Assembly: GCA_038883775.1 (NCBI GenBank)
Contig: JAVZLM010000007.1
Coordinates: forward strand, 1-64,000
From: Candidatus Bathyarchaeia archaeon
GTDB taxonomy: Archaea; Thermoproteota; Bathyarchaeia; Bathyarchaeales; Bathycorpusculaceae
Direction: 5' to 3'
Length of the DNA stretch: 64,000 nt
Every line of letters starts with the position of its first letter. The stretch's first letter is position 1. The notes under the pieces were generated by a model. It worked only from the letters and a program-made list of their open reading frames with translations. It searched no databases and was not told the origin of the DNA. The position numbers and the translations under genes were made by a program. Of this stretch, positions 62,235 through 64,000 are shown piece by piece.

Positions 62235-64000
62235 ATGGAGCCAAAATTCATCCTAGCAACAGACGTGGGAAGCACCACAACCAAAGCCAGATTCTTCGGA
62301 AAAATTAGGGGCGACTGGAAATTTCTATCCAGCGGAGAAGCACCAACAACAGTTGAAAAACCAGTAGAAGACGTTACAATGGGGATAAGAAACGCCGTAA
62401 GAGAAGTGGAAGAGCTTACAGGGCATAAGATAATAGACTACGAAAGCGAAGAATTGCGGTTCCTAATGCCTCACAAAGGAGGAAACACTGGAATAGACGT
62501 TTACGTCTCAACAAGCAGCGCAGGCGGAGGGCTCCAAATGCTCGTTCAAGGAGTTGTAAAAAGCATAACCGCAGAAAGCGCCCAAAGGGCAGCTCTCGGA
62601 GCTGGAGCCATAGTAATGGATGTTCTTTCCGTAGATGATGAGCGAGACACTTACGAGAAAATCAATACTTTAAGGTTTCTAAGACCGGACATAGTACTGC
62701 TTGCAGGCGGAGTTGACGGTGGAACAAAATCGCATGTATTGGAAATGGCTGAAATATTGGCCATGGCTAAACCTCGCCCGAGATTTGAGATAGAATTTCT
62801 CCTACCAGTAGTTTATGCTGGAAATATAGACGCGAGAGAAGATGTAAAGAGGACATTATGCGAAAATTTTGACGTAAGAATCACAGACAACATTAGACCC
62901 ACATTAGAAGTTGAAAAAGTAGAACCTGCAAGAGATGCAATTTTAGGATTATTTATGGAGCATGTGATGGCGCATGCCCCAGGATATGAAAAGCTCAAAA
63001 AACTCGTTTCAACAAACATTATGCCGACACCAGCCGCCGAAGGAATGATGGTTAGAAAATTTTCGGAGCTAAAATGTGTAAACAGCATCGGTGTTGGACT
63101 TGGAGGAGCCACAACAAACGTATACTCATATTTTGATGGAAGATTCCTAAGAACGGTAAGCGCAAACTTGGGAATGAGCTACAGCGTAGGCAATGTCCTA
63201 AAAGAAGCAAGCATTAAAAACGTGAAAAAATGGACCCCATTTCCAATAAGCGAAGAAGAAATCATGAGCATAGTCTACAATAAAATGATAAGACCCACAA
63301 CCATTCCAATGACATTTGAAGATTTAGTCATAGAACATGCCCTCGCCAGAGAATCAATAAGAATGGCATTCAACCACCACAAATATCTTGCAAGAGAACT
63401 CAAAGGTGTCAAAAAGGAAAGAACAATCTCCGACATTTTCGAAGAGGTCAAAACTGAAGACACTTACTTGGAAATGTACAGAATCAACTATATAATAGGC
63501 ACTGGCGGTCTCCTCTCAAGGGCTCCGAGAAGAAATCAATCAATGATGATGTTAACTGACGCCTTTCAACCAGTAGGTTTCACTGCCCTAGCTCAAGACA
63601 GCGTCTTCATGATGCCACATTTAGGCGTACTTTCCACAATTCACCCAGAAATAGCCTTACACATATTTGAAAAAGAATGCCTTATATATCTTGGGACGTT
63701 AATAGCGGGAGCTGGCAGAAGTAAGTTAGGCGCAAAAGTTGCAAGCATAACATTGGAGTATGATAATGGAAAAAGGGAAAACTTCGAATTACCTTTTGGC
63801 AAAATAGTGACAGTAGAAGCTCCATATGAGACAACCGTAAAGGTTAAAGTATCCCCTTCCAGTGAATTTGACTTTGGAGCAGGTTTCGGAAGAAACGTTG
63901 AAAAAACTGTTAGAGGCGGAGTAGTCGGTTTAGTGTTTGATGGAAGAGGAAGACCAATATACATGCCAGAAGATGAAAAAGAAAGATTCAACACCATATT
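62235..64000 (+). CDS. GlmL/MutL(glutamate mutase L)-like ASKHA/actin-fold ATPase, 3'-partial (>588 aa); absent from the ORF track
   Basis: Hand translation gives MEPKFILATDVGSTTTKARFF...EAPTTVEKP.EDV...STSSAGGGLQM...LLAGGVDGG...MPTPAAEG...GVGLGGATTNVYS...RTVSANLGMSYS...IGTGGLLS...FDGRGRP. I saw no stop before the window end. Confidence 0.88.
   Translation, partial: MEPKFILATDVGSTTTKARFFGKIRGDWKFLSSGEAPTTVEKPVEDVTMGIRNAVREVEELTGHKIIDYESEELRFLMPHKGGNTGIDVYVSTSSAGGGLQMLVQGVVKSITAESAQRAALGAGAIVMDVLSVDDERDTYEKINTLRFLRPDIVLLAGGVDGGTKSHVLEMAEILAMAKPRPRFEIEFLLPVVYAGNIDAREDVKRTLCENFDVRITDNIRPTLEVEKVEPARDAILGLFMEHVMAHAPGYEKLKKLVSTNIMPTPAAEGMMVRKFSELKCVNSIGVGLGGATTNVYSYFDGRFLRTVSANLGMSYSVGNVLKEASIKNVKKWTPFPISEEEIMSIVYNKMIRPTTIPMTFEDLVIEHALARESIRMAFNHHKYLARELKGVKKERTISDIFEEVKTEDTYLEMYRINYIIGTGGLLSRAPRRNQSMMMLTDAFQPVGFTALAQDSVFMMPHLGVLSTIHPEIALHIFEKECLIYLGTLIAGAGRSKLGAKVASITLEYDNGKRENFELPFGKIVTVEAPYETTVKVKVSPSSEFDFGAGFGRNVEKTVRGGVVGLVFDGRGRPIYMPEDEKERFNTI

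Noticed and set aside
62813-63997. Three minus-strand ORFs in the track
   Set aside because: They are antisense shadows of the long plus-strand GlmL-like frame. The same applies to the many short ORFs overlapping recognised genes elsewhere.

Overview
A gene-dense archaeal chromosome segment, most likely from Bathyarchaeia (TACK). That assignment is an inference from the archaeal 16S 5' end, the ribosomal proteins, SepF, the PEF-CTERM surface protein and the membrane-tethered wHTH regulators. The window opens with the 5' ~310 nt of a 16S rRNA gene on the minus strand. It holds about 65 CDS, an initiator tRNA-Met and an unannotated C/D-box sRNA. Most CDS are housekeeping (moaABC, cdc6, tpiA, tgtA, mre11/rad50, ribosomal proteins, mat, truD, pth2, cdc48, EF-1beta) or peptidases. 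I saw no CRISPR array, transposase or integrase. The best candidate for an undescribed system is at the right end: an operon of four membrane proteins (one DUF6754-like) plus a small soluble protein, divergent from a large GlmL/MutL-like actin-fold ATPase that the ORF track missed. A PHP-phosphatase pseudogene has its catalytic GSDAH motif destroyed by an exact 8-bp inversion inside a 9-bp inverted repeat. The two Walker A regions of cdc48 share a 43-bp perfect repeat. There are also two unannotated microprotein ORFs. All family calls come from motif recognition by eye, not from database searches.
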